A stretch of 64,000 nucleotides of DNA from Vicinamibacterales bacterium. GTDB lineage: Bacteria > Acidobacteriota > Vicinamibacteria > Vicinamibacterales > UBA8438. The notes beneath the pieces are model-generated. The model made no database searches and was not told the DNA's origin. It saw only the letters and a program-made list of their open reading frames with translations. Below are positions 46,473 to 55,497 of this stretch, piece by piece. The stretch is taken from positions 98,217 through 162,216 of the forward strand of contig CBDATI010000015.1 of assembly GCA_965199675.1 (NCBI GenBank), read 5' to 3'. The position numbers were made by a program, and so were the translations under genes. How positions within the stretch are numbered: position 1 is the first letter of the stretch; each line of letters begins with the position of its first letter.

Positions 46473-47972
46473 CAGCCCGTGGAAAAAGTCGGCAAATTCG
46501 GGCCGATCGGGTCGATCTGAGTGGTTGTAGTGTCGTAGACTTCACAGCATGGCGATGGGCAAGAGGCCGGCGGCTCGACCGGCGCCACCGATGTGGGTGA
46601 CGGCAGAGGACCTTCCCAAGAGTGCGGGGCATCCCTTCTTCGAGCGGCTGAATCGGATTCTGGAGAAATCCAGGTTCGACGCTTTCGTGGAGGGGTTGTG
46701 TGCGGTCTTCTACGCGGAGCGAATGGGTCGTCCGAGTCTGCGACCCGGGCGGTATTTCCGGCTTCTGTTCATCGGGTATTTCGAGGGTCTGTCATCGGAG
46801 CGCGCGATTGCGTGGCGGGTCGCGGATTCGCTGAGCCTGCGGGCTTTCCTGGATCTGGACGTGACGGAGGCGACGCCGAACCACTCGACGCTGTCACGGA
46901 CTCGGCGTCTGATCGACGTGGAGACGCACGCGGCGGTGTTCACGTGGGTGCTGGAGCGGTTGTCGGAAGCGGGTCTGGTGAAGGGGAAGACGATCGGGGT
47001 GGACGCGACGACGCTGGAAGCGAACGCGGCGATGCGGAGCATCGAGCGTCGGGATACGGGGGACTCGTACGACGCGTTCGTGCGGGGGCTGGCGGAGGCA
47101 TCTGGCATTGCGACGCCGACGCGGGCGGAGTTGGCGCGTTTCGACCGTTCGCGGAAGGGCCGGAAGACGTCGAATGAAGAGTGGACGTCTCCGCAGGACC
47201 CGGACGCGAAGATCGCGAAGATGAAGGACGGTCGGACGCATCTGGCCCACAAGGCGGAGCACGGTGTCGACCTGGAGACGGGAGCGCTCCTGTCGGTGAC
47301 GGTTCAGGACGCGTCGGAGGGTGATACGGCGACGCTGCCGGAGACGCTGACGAAGGCGGCGGAGCAGGTGGAGGCGGTTCAGCCTGACGGTGAGGGCGTC
47401 GAAGAGGTGGTGGCCGACAAGGGGTATCACAGCGACGCGACGCTGGTGGCGCTCGACGACCTTGGTGTACGCAGCTACATCGCGGAGCCGGCGCGTGGTC
47501 GGCGCGTCTGGCAGGACAAGAAGACGGGTGAGACGCCGCCGGAGAAGCGTGCTGCGCAGTCGGCGCTGTATGGGAATCGTCGGCGTATTCGCGGGGACCG
47601 GGGCCGTCGTCTCCAACGCTGCCGGGGGGAACTGGTGGAGCGGCCTTTCGCTCACCAGTATGAGACCGGGGGTCTGCGTCGGGTGTGGGTGCGCGGCCAT
47701 GAGAATGTCCGCAAGCGGGTGCTGGTCCAGGCGGCGGGCTGCAACCTGGGTCTGTTGCTGCGCCGCCTGACGGGCGTCGGTACGCCCCGGAGCCTGCAGG
47801 GGCGGGCTCTTTCGGCGATTCTCGGGCTGATCGAACGCCTCATGGGCCTCTGGGGGCGTCTGAACGGCCTCTGGAGGGCCAAATGGGCTCCGGTCGCCCC
47901 CTGGGGCTCAGCCGCTCGTCCCCAAGCTGCTTGAACAGGCCCGCTCAGCGAACCGACTTCGTCCACGGGCTG
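46473..47972 (+). mobile_element. IS5/IS1182-like element, copy 1 (1500 bp)
   Basis: Inverted repeats cagcccgtggaaaaagtcgg / cagcccgtggacgaagtcgg (reverse complement). The transposase is identical to copy 2. Flanks ctat / tcag do not match, so there is no TSD. Confidence 0.85.
46549..47934 (+). CDS. IS5/IS1182-family DDE transposase
   Basis: N-terminal InsH-like region (HPFFERLNRIL...GRPSLRPGRYFRLLFIGYFEGLSSER). DDE region (..GVDATTLEANA...VADKGYHS...RVLVQAAGCNL). Confidence 0.8.
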   Translation: MAMGKRPAARPAPPMWVTAEDLPKSAGHPFFERLNRILEKSRFDAFVEGLCAVFYAERMGRPSLRPGRYFRLLFIGYFEGLSSERAIAWRVADSLSLRAFLDLDVTEATPNHSTLSRTRRLIDVETHAAVFTWVLERLSEAGLVKGKTIGVDATTLEANAAMRSIERRDTGDSYDAFVRGLAEASGIATPTRAELARFDRSRKGRKTSNEEWTSPQDPDAKIAKMKDGRTHLAHKAEHGVDLETGALLSVTVQDASEGDTATLPETLTKAAEQVEAVQPDGEGVEEVVADKGYHSDATLVALDDLGVRSYIAEPARGRRVWQDKKTGETPPEKRAAQSALYGNRRRIRGDRGRRLQRCRGELVERPFAHQYETGGLRRVWVRGHENVRKRVLVQAAGCNLGLLLRRLTGVGTPRSLQGRALSAILGLIERLMGLWGRLNGLWRAKWAPVAPWGSAARPQAA

Positions 47973-47986
47973 TCAGGGTCGAATCG

Positions 47987-48217
47987 TCACTCGGAGTTAT
48001 CCAGGGGCGACCCGGCGACGGCGCGCTTCAGCAGGTGCAGGGCGTCGGGGCCGATCCCGGTAGCGGTCTCGATGGTGGGCCAGGGGACACCGGCGCGAAG
48101 CAGGTCTTCGACCATCTTCACCTGTGCCTCCTGGCGTCCCTCCTGACGCCCCTCTTGGCGTCCCTGCTGACGGCCCTCCTGGCGTCCCTGCTGGACGAGT
48201 TGTTCGGCGTAGTCCAT
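47987..48217 (-). CDS. Orphan duplicate of the Rpn C-terminal domain (76 aa)
   Basis: MDYAEQLVQQ(GRQx)5..AQVKMVEDLLRAGVPWPTIETATGIGPDALHLLKRAV. It starts at the same internal Met as in the full-length Rpn. Homology to the full gene ends near 48287, and upstream indels break the longer frame. Confidence 0.55.
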   Translation of the reverse strand: MDYAEQLVQQGRQEGRQQGRQEGRQEGRQEAQVKMVEDLLRAGVPWPTIETATGIGPDALHLLKRAVAGSPLDNSE

Positions 48218-48419
48218 TCGCGGCTCCTCCCCCGGAACCTCCCGGCGCAGGGCGGCAGCGAAGCGCCGCCAGTGATCGCCCGGGTGAGCAGGGGGCTTCT
48301 CTTGGGGGCCACCCGGGGCGCCGCCGCTCGGCCGAGTTCACTGCCGGCGCGTGCGCGCGTTGGGCCGGCGGCGAAGCGCGGCTTCGGTTCGCGCCCGGTT
48401 TCGGCTCAAGGGTCGATCG

Positions 48420-49451
48420 TCATTCGGAGTTGTCTGCCGGCGGTTGGGCGACGGCGCGCTTCAGCAGGTGCAGGGCGTCGGGGCCGATTCCGGTGGCGGT
48501 CTCGATGGTGGACCAGGGGACGCCGGCGCGAAGCAGGTCTTCGACCATCTTCACCTGTGCCTCCTGGCGTCCCTCCTGGCGTCCCTCCTGACGCCCCTCC
48601 TGACGCCCCTCCTGACGCCCCTGCTGGCGTCCCTCCTGACGCCCCTCCTGACGCCCCTGCTGGCGTCCCTCCTGACGCCCCTGCTGGACGAGTTGTTCGG
48701 CGTAGTCCATCGCGGCTCCTCCCGCCGGAACCTCCCGGCGCAGGGCGGCAGCGAAGCGCCGCCAGTGATCGCGGGTGAGCGTGGCATGCAAGTACACCAC
48801 GAACGGCAGCAGCCGGTCGATGTCGTCGGCCGCCGTTCTGGCGTTCAGATCCGCAAGCAGGCGAAGCGCCGAGCGGGTTGCGGACCAACTGTCGCGGAGC
48901 GCGGCCATCATCGTCAACTGCGCGATGCGTCCGCGCAGCGTTCCACGCACCTCGTCCGGGTCGATGGTCGTCTGGTCGATCAACACGTGCTCGAAGCGCG
49001 GACTCCAGCGCCAGTCGGGAGACACGTCGGCAAACAGGGTCGCGAACTCGGTCGGGTGCGGCCAGCCCGTCCGGCCCTGGAAGAACACCACCGGGAGAAT
49101 CGGCCGCAGCGTCCGGTCCGTCGGGCGCTGTTGGCGGTCGCGCGCCCAGATGCGGCAGCAGTACGTCAGCAGGCGCAGGCGCATCCACCGGTCGGGGGCC
49201 GACTGATGCTCGACGAGCACGTACAGCCACGCGGCGGCGCCGTTCTCCCGTTCGACGGCGAACAGCAGGTCGGATTCTCGTTCCCGGAGGTCGTCGTCGA
49301 CGAAGCGGCCGTCCTGTACCGCGAGGCTCGACCAGCGGAGAGCCTGGGTGACCTGTGCGGGCAGGTACGCCCGCAGGAGGGCGGCGGCGTCCCCCGGGTC
49401 GGAGAACACGGTGCGGAACAGGTGGTCGTGTGGTTGCGGCGTGTCGGTCAT
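48420..49451 (-). CDS. Rpn-family (YhgA-like, PD-(D/E)xK) recombination-promoting nuclease / putative transposase
   Basis: PHDHLFRTVFSDPGDAAALLRAYLP...ESDLLFAVE...VLVEHQS is the Rpn/Transposase_31 signature. C-terminal domain follows a (GRQx)10 linker. Confidence 0.8.
   Translation of the reverse strand: MTDTPQPHDHLFRTVFSDPGDAAALLRAYLPAQVTQALRWSSLAVQDGRFVDDDLRERESDLLFAVERENGAAAWLYVLVEHQSAPDRWMRLRLLTYCCRIWARDRQQRPTDRTLRPILPVVFFQGRTGWPHPTEFATLFADVSPDWRWSPRFEHVLIDQTTIDPDEVRGTLRGRIAQLTMMAALRDSWSATRSALRLLADLNARTAADDIDRLLPFVVYLHATLTRDHWRRFAAALRREVPAGGAAMDYAEQLVQQGRQEGRQQGRQEGRQEGRQQGRQEGRQEGRQEGRQEGRQEAQVKMVEDLLRAGVPWSTIETATGIGPDALHLLKRAVAQPPADNSE
48560..48686 (-). repeat. 12-bp tandem repeat (10 units) encoding GRQE/GRQQ; 5 units in the orphan copy (48127-48194)
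   Basis: Repeated cctcctggcgtc/cctcctgacgcc/cctgctggcgtc units, read directly from the sequence. Confidence 0.85.
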
Positions 49452-49994
49452 CCCGTCGTCGATTGATCATCGCACAGGCTGTCGTCGGCGGCCGCGGTCC
49501 GACCGATCAGCGCGCGTCGCGACGACCGGTAGCTGCCGAAGCCAAGGGTGCGCGACCGGCTGCGGATGACGAGGCGCCGGATCCAGCGGCGGCGCCGGAG
49601 GCTCGACGTGGGAGGTAGAGGGCCCGCCTGATCGCCGTAATCGCGGTCTCGTTTCATGACGTAGCAGCCCTTCCAACTCGTCGAGACTGTGGCTTCCTTT
49701 ACCGATATCGGTATGAGGCCCCGTCCGCGCAAGGACGGGAAGGTGGTGGAAGGTCGAGGCATCATTCCACGGCGGCTCCTGCGAAGCGCGATTGCTCCAT
49801 CGTTATGTACAATAGGGTTGCTATTGGCTCACCGTGTCACTTCTCCCCGATTCGCTTGAAGTCGGGTATGGAATGCGCGGATAGTCGGACCGTCCGGGGA
49901 AGTGAACTTTGTCGCGACAGGACGGTCGTCCTGTCGGTTGACGCCGCTCCCTCCGGCCGCTGCGAACCCACCAGAGATCCGATCAGAGCACCGC

Positions 49995-51179
49995 ATGAAG
50001 CCCCGCGGAAGACATCCCGAGAATGCCCTCTCGACCGAGTTCGTGCGCGACGTCGCCCGGACCGGTCGCTACTGCGACGGCCATGGCCTGTACCTCGACG
50101 TGCGGCCCTCCGGCCGCCGGAGCTGGGTGCAGCGCATCGCCATTTTCGGCCGCCGGCGTGAGATCGGCCTCGGCGGCTTCCCCCTCGTCTCGCTCGCCGA
50201 GGCCCGCGCCGAGGCCTTCGCCAACCGCAAGCTCGCCCGCGCCGGCGGCGATCCGCTTGCCGAAAAGCGCCGCGCCCGGAGCGTGTTGACCTTCGAGGCG
50301 GCGGCCGGGCGGGTGTGGAACCAGATGCGGCCGGGCTGGCGCAACCGGAAGTATGGCCGCGACTGGATGCTGGGCCTTGCCCGCCATACCTTCCCACGCC
50401 TGGGCCCGGTACCGGTGGCCCGCGTCACGAGCACCGACGTCATCGAGACCCTCGAGCCCATCTGGCACGCCCGGCCGGCGACGGCGCGGCGCGTGCGCCA
50501 GCGCATCAACGCGGTGATGGAGTGGGCGGTGGCGATGGAGTACAGGGCCGACAACCCGTGCGACCGCATCGGGCCCGCCCTGGGCCGTCAGCAGGACGTC
50601 GTGCAGCACATGCCGGCCCTGCCTCACGGCGAGGTCGCGGCGGCGGTCGCGGCCGTGCGGGCGGCGCGGGTGAGGCCGGTCGTGAAGCTGGCGTTCGAGT
50701 TTCTCGTGCTGACGGCGGCGCGGTCGGGCGAGGTGCGGGGGGCGCGGTGGGCCGAGATGAACCTGGCCCGCCGGGTGTGGACCGTACCCGCCACGCGCAT
50801 GAAGGCCAACCGCGACCACCGGGTGCCGCTGTGCGAGCGCGCCGTCGAGGTGCTCGGCGAGGCCCGCGGCCGCCGCGGCCTCCTCGTGTTCCCGACGGCG
50901 CAGGGCGGGCGGCTGAAGGACGAGGCCCTGTCGAGGCCGCTCAAGGACCTGGGCCTGTCGGCGGTGCCGCACGGTTTCCGATCGAGCTTCCGCGACTGGG
51001 CGGCCGAAGAGACCAACCACCCGCGCGAGGTCGTCGAGGCGGCCCTCGCCCACGCCGTGCGGAACTCGGTGGAGGCCGCGTACGCGCGGTCCGACCTGTT
51101 CGAGCGGCGCCGCCGGCTGATGGACGACTGGGGCAACTATCTCGGTGGCCGGCGCGAGCTCGTGATGACGTGCGCGTAG
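49995..51179 (+). CDS. P4-type tyrosine integrase (DUF4102 arm domain), int2
   Basis: MKPRGRHPENALSTEFVRDVARTGRYCDGHGLYLDVRPSGRRSWVQRI...HGFRSSFRDW...AAYARSD. Roughly 70% aa identity to int1 by eye. Confidence 0.85.
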   Translation: MKPRGRHPENALSTEFVRDVARTGRYCDGHGLYLDVRPSGRRSWVQRIAIFGRRREIGLGGFPLVSLAEARAEAFANRKLARAGGDPLAEKRRARSVLTFEAAAGRVWNQMRPGWRNRKYGRDWMLGLARHTFPRLGPVPVARVTSTDVIETLEPIWHARPATARRVRQRINAVMEWAVAMEYRADNPCDRIGPALGRQQDVVQHMPALPHGEVAAAVAAVRAARVRPVVKLAFEFLVLTAARSGEVRGARWAEMNLARRVWTVPATRMKANRDHRVPLCERAVEVLGEARGRRGLLVFPTAQGGRLKDEALSRPLKDLGLSAVPHGFRSSFRDWAAEETNHPREVVEAALAHAVRNSVEAAYARSDLFERRRRLMDDWGNYLGGRRELVMTCA

Positions 51180-51527
51180 ACCCGACCGCGCGGGCGGCCG
51201 AGAAATGCAGGCCGCGAGCCCATCGTACGCGCCGGCCCGCCAACGCTTCAGCACCGACACCAAGCACGCGTCACCGACACCAAGCACGCGTCGAGCAGAC
51301 TGGCTGACGCGGACTGCATGCGGCGGCTCGCCGGGCCGCCGGACCAGCGCAACGCCGACGAGTCGGTTGGCAGGGATATCCGCGTGGCGGCTCGCGCCAT
51401 CGCTTCCGGGATCGCCGAGCCCGTAACGTCAAGGGGCGGCTGCACCCCTGGCCATTGGGGAATGTCTGCGTCCGCAGGCCTCGCGCCGCACCCCGCGGTG
51501 AACGCCCGGGTCGACGACCGGCCCGTG

Positions 51528-51827
51528 CTACTGGTCGGGCTGCTCGGCTCCGGGCAGGACGACGCGCTCGATGGTGAGCAGGCGCTGATCGACCTTCGCG
51601 AAAGCGATCTCGACGTTGCGCAGCCGTTCGTCGATGCGGTCCATCCGGGTCTCGATGCGGTCCATCCGGGTCTCGATGCGGTCCATCCGGGTCTCGATGC
51701 GGTCCATCCTAGCGTTCAGTTCGGACCGTAGGTCATCGATGCGGGCGTTCACACCGGCGATCTGCGCCGATGTCAAGCCGGCGAGCACCACCACGGTGCC
51801 GATGATCCACTTCGTGTCGTTGCTCAT
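51528..51827 (-). CDS. Small membrane-anchored coiled-coil protein with RMDRIET heptad tandem repeats
   Basis: MSNDTKWIIGTVVVLAGLTSAQIAGVNARIDDLRSELNA(RMDRIET)x3 RMDRIDERLRNVEIAFAKVDQRLLTIERVVLPGAEQPDQ. Lies directly downstream of surface gene B, same strand. Confidence 0.6.
   Translation of the reverse strand: MSNDTKWIIGTVVVLAGLTSAQIAGVNARIDDLRSELNARMDRIETRMDRIETRMDRIETRMDRIDERLRNVEIAFAKVDQRLLTIERVVLPGAEQPDQ
51631..51710 (-). repeat. 21-bp tandem repeat x ~3.7 (tcgatgcggtccatccgggtc)
   Basis: Perfect copies start at 51631, 51652 and 51673, with a partial copy at 51694. Confidence 0.9.
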
Positions 51828-51983
51828 CCGCACGCGAGCATAACACGCCAACCACAGGCCGGAGGGATGAAGGGGCCGCGCTCCCCGGTGCGCCAGGGGC
51901 AGGGCGGCCCAGAGCAAAGCCGCTCAGCTCCGGTTCGGAGAGACACACGGGCTGGCGTTCAGAAGATTCAGGAAAGGAGGGAG

Positions 51984-52018
51984 CCCTCTCTCCCCCCGAG
52001 CTTCGGGAGGAGAGAGGG
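51984..52018 (-). terminator. Long hairpin between surface gene B and the small coiled-coil gene (homolog of 3988-4022)
   Basis: ccctctctcc..cccg / cgggaggagagaggg forms a ~14-bp stem. The CCCTCT..GAGAGGG arms are shared with the hairpin after gene A. Confidence 0.5.
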
Positions 52019-53997
52019 CAACAAGGGAGAGTTGCGAACGGGACCCCGCCGAACGCTACCGACGCAGGTAGCGGCGGTAGCCGCCGACGGCGAGGAACGC
52101 CGCCAGCAGAAGCTGCGCGATGATCGGCAGGGCCGGCACCGCGGCATCCCAGAGGTAGAGCTTCACTTCGCCCGTCACCTCCGCCGCCATGTCTTCCGCC
52201 ATGCCGTAGAGCGCCAGCTCTTCCGCCATGTTGTCCGCGTTCTCCATCATGCCGTCTTCCACCGCCATCACCATCGTCGTGCCGCTCATCTGGCCCGCAC
52301 GGATGACGATCGGGTCGGCGGTGAAGTCGTCGTCCCCGGCGCTGCTCATGGCCCGGTCACGCATCAGGTTCACCGTCACGGCTTCGGTGACCGCACGGTT
52401 CGCCGTCACCGTGAGCATCGCGCCCCGGCCCCCCTCGACGACGTTCATGTCTTCGGGGCCGGTCAGGGTCAGGGTCAGCGCTTCGACACCCACCTCGACC
52501 GGGAACATGATGCTCGCCTCGCGGGGATCCGTCTGATCGGCGATCTTCACGCCCGACGGCATGCTCGCGTGCGCGGTGATGGTGATGTCCGCCATCCCCA
52601 TGGCCTCGGCCATCACCGACACCATGCCGCCGCTGACCATCGTCGACGCCACCTGCTCGTCACTCGACATGACCGAGTACGACAGCGTCACGTTCGGCGC
52701 GGCGTTGAAGAGGGCACTGCCCATGATCTCGATCATCTCGCCATGGGTGAACATCATGTCGCTGCCCATGCCCGCTTCCTTCGCGGCGTAGACGGCGGCC
52801 TCGACCTCCGCCTGCGTCTTCGCCCACACCAGCTCCATCGTCTTGTCGCTGATGGTCAGCTCGGTCACCCCGGCCACGGTTTCCTTGTCGGCGCCGTGCC
52901 GCGTCTCCTTGCCGGCGAGCATGGCATCGATCACCAGCATCTCGCCGTCGTCGAGCACGTCGTCCTCCAGAGCCATGACCTTCACCATCATCGACTGCGT
53001 CCACGGACGCCGTCCGTTGTGCTCCGGGAACTCGACGGTAGCCGGCAACTGGTAGTCTCCCATCCCGGCCGTGGTGCCCGCCCCCATGGTCAACATCACG
53101 TCCACGGCTTCCGAGGTGTAGCGCCTCGTCTCCGGATCGATGGCGATGGTCTCCGGCGGATTCCGGTCGAGAGTCAGCTTCAGCTCGATCTCCTCCCCTT
53201 CTGCCACGCTGTCCATATTGGGCTCCACCGCGAGCAGCGGCAGCCTGTGGATGTCCAGCACGGTGATCTGATGGGAACCAACCGGAACCACGTCAAAGCC
53301 GCCCGACGCCAACGAGTCATCGTTCACCGACGCCTTCAGCTCGTACTCGTCGTCCATCCTGTTACCGTCGGACGCCGGCAGATGAACGGTGACGTTCGCC
53401 CGGTTGTTCGCCGGGTTCTGGCCACGATCGTCGGCAGTGCCTGCGTTCAACGTCAACGACGTGTCGCTCACCGAGATCATGGCCGAACTCACCGTCACGC
53501 CGTGGAGATCCACCATGTCCAACCGAACATCGAGCGGGAGGTCTCGTCTGTGAGGCATCGCCTCTATAGTGAATTCCACTTCCTCCGCGTTCTCGTAGAC
53601 CGTCGTCGGCCCCGACGACCTGCCTCTCTTCACGGTGACCGTCTGCTCCTCGTTGTCCTCGATGACGATCATCGGCGTGGTCAAGCTGACCGCGTCGTTG
53701 GCATGCAGGTCAATGTCGTTGCTGTGATTCGCATAGAGCATGAATCCGTCGTTTTCCGCTTCATTCTGGTCTTCAAGCACTCGGACAGCCAGCTTGCCCG
53801 TTGCGCTCTTGTGGTGCCGTATGCTGTCCGGAAAATCTGTGGATTTTGGTCTGTCGGGCAGCGTTATCCTCACTCTAGACCACAAATCGCCATCACGGTA
53901 GTCCCCATCTGGGAAGTCCACGTCCTGCTCGTCGTCGTACGGAGACAACCAATCCGCCAAAAGGTCGCGGTCATACCCGGTAACCACCTCGACGTAG

Positions 53998-55497
53998 CAG
54001 CCCGTGGAAAAAGTCGGCAAATTCGGGCCGATCGGGTCGATCTGAGTGGTTGTAGTGTCGTAGACTTCACAGCATGGCGATGGGCAAGAGGCCGGCGGCT
54101 CGACCGGCGCCACCGATGTGGGTGACGGCAGAGGACCTTCCCAAGAGTGCGGGGCATCCCTTCTTCGAGCGGCTGAATCGGATTCTGGAGAAATCCAGGT
54201 TCGACGCTTTCGTGGAGGGGTTGTGTGCGGTCTTCTACGCGGAGCGAATGGGTCGTCCGAGTCTGCGACCCGGGCGGTATTTCCGGCTTCTGTTCATCGG
54301 GTATTTCGAGGGTCTGTCATCGGAGCGCGCGATTGCGTGGCGGGTCGCGGATTCGCTGAGCCTGCGGGCTTTCCTGGATCTGGACGTGACGGAGGCGACG
54401 CCGAACCACTCGACGCTGTCACGGACTCGGCGTCTGATCGACGTGGAGACGCACGCGGCGGTGTTCACGTGGGTGCTGGAGCGGTTGTCGGAAGCGGGTC
54501 TGGTGAAGGGGAAGACGATCGGGGTGGACGCGACGACGCTGGAAGCGAACGCGGCGATGCGGAGCATCGAGCGTCGGGATACGGGGGACTCGTACGACGC
54601 GTTCGTGCGGGGGCTGGCGGAGGCATCTGGCATTGCGACGCCGACGCGGGCGGAGTTGGCGCGTTTCGACCGTTCGCGGAAGGGCCGGAAGACGTCGAAT
54701 GAAGAGTGGACGTCTCCGCAGGACCCGGACGCGAAGATCGCGAAGATGAAGGACGGTCGGACGCATCTGGCCCACAAGGCGGAGCACGGTGTCGACCTGG
54801 AGACGGGAGCGCTCCTGTCGGTGACGGTTCAGGACGCGTCGGAGGGTGATACGGCGACGCTGCCGGAGACGCTGACGAAGGCGGCGGAGCAGGTGGAGGC
54901 GGTTCAGCCTGACGGTGAGGGCGTCGAAGAGGTGGTGGCCGACAAGGGGTATCACAGCGACGCGACGCTGGTGGCGCTCGACGACCTTGGTGTACGCAGC
55001 TACATCGCGGAGCCGGCGCGTGGTCGGCGCGTCTGGCAGGACAAGAAGACGGGTGAGACGCCGCCGGAGAAGCGTGCTGCGCAGTCGGCGCTGTATGGGA
55101 ATCGTCGGCGTATTCGCGGGGACCGGGGCCGTCGTCTCCAACGCTGCCGGGGGGAACTGGTGGAGCGGCCTTTCGCTCACCAGTATGAGACCGGGGGTCT
55201 GCGTCGGGTGTGGGTGCGCGGCCATGAGAATGTCCGCAAGCGGGTGCTGGTCCAGGCGGCGGGCTGCAACCTGGGTCTGTTGCTGCGCCGCCTGACGGGC
55301 GTCGGTACGCCCCGGAGCCTGCAGGGGCGGGCTCTTTCGGCGATTCTCGGGCTGATCGAACGCCTCATGGGCCTCTGGGGGCGTCTGAACGGCCTCTGGA
55401 GGGCCAAATGGGCTCCGGTCGCCCCCTGGGGCTCAGCCGCTCGTCCCCAAGCTGCTTGAACAGGCCCGCTCAGCGAACCGACTTCGTCCACGGGCTG
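53998..55497 (+). mobile_element. IS5/IS1182-like element, copy 2 (1500 bp) with 4-bp TSD GTAG
   Basis: Same inverted repeats as copy 1. gtag occurs at 53994-53997 and 55498-55501. Confidence 0.9.
54074..55459 (+). CDS. IS5/IS1182-family DDE transposase (identical to 46549..47934)
   Basis: The 461-aa translation is identical to copy 1. Confidence 0.85.
   Translation: MAMGKRPAARPAPPMWVTAEDLPKSAGHPFFERLNRILEKSRFDAFVEGLCAVFYAERMGRPSLRPGRYFRLLFIGYFEGLSSERAIAWRVADSLSLRAFLDLDVTEATPNHSTLSRTRRLIDVETHAAVFTWVLERLSEAGLVKGKTIGVDATTLEANAAMRSIERRDTGDSYDAFVRGLAEASGIATPTRAELARFDRSRKGRKTSNEEWTSPQDPDAKIAKMKDGRTHLAHKAEHGVDLETGALLSVTVQDASEGDTATLPETLTKAAEQVEAVQPDGEGVEEVVADKGYHSDATLVALDDLGVRSYIAEPARGRRVWQDKKTGETPPEKRAAQSALYGNRRRIRGDRGRRLQRCRGELVERPFAHQYETGGLRRVWVRGHENVRKRVLVQAAGCNLGLLLRRLTGVGTPRSLQGRALSAILGLIERLMGLWGRLNGLWRAKWAPVAPWGSAARPQAA

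Noticed and set aside
49448-49765. 105-aa minus-strand ORF between rpn and int2 as a possible excisionase/AlpA.
   Set aside because: Arg/Ser-rich translation (..RRRRWIRRLVIRSRSRTLGFGSYRSSRR..) with no HTH signature. It overlaps the rpn start and looks like a non-coding frame.
44426-51179. Invertible segment driven by homologous recombination between the inverted integrase genes int1 and int2.
   Set aside because: The two genes are only about 70-75% identical by eye and have no long identical tracts, so RecA-mediated flipping is unlikely. Site-specific events remain possible and are reported separately.
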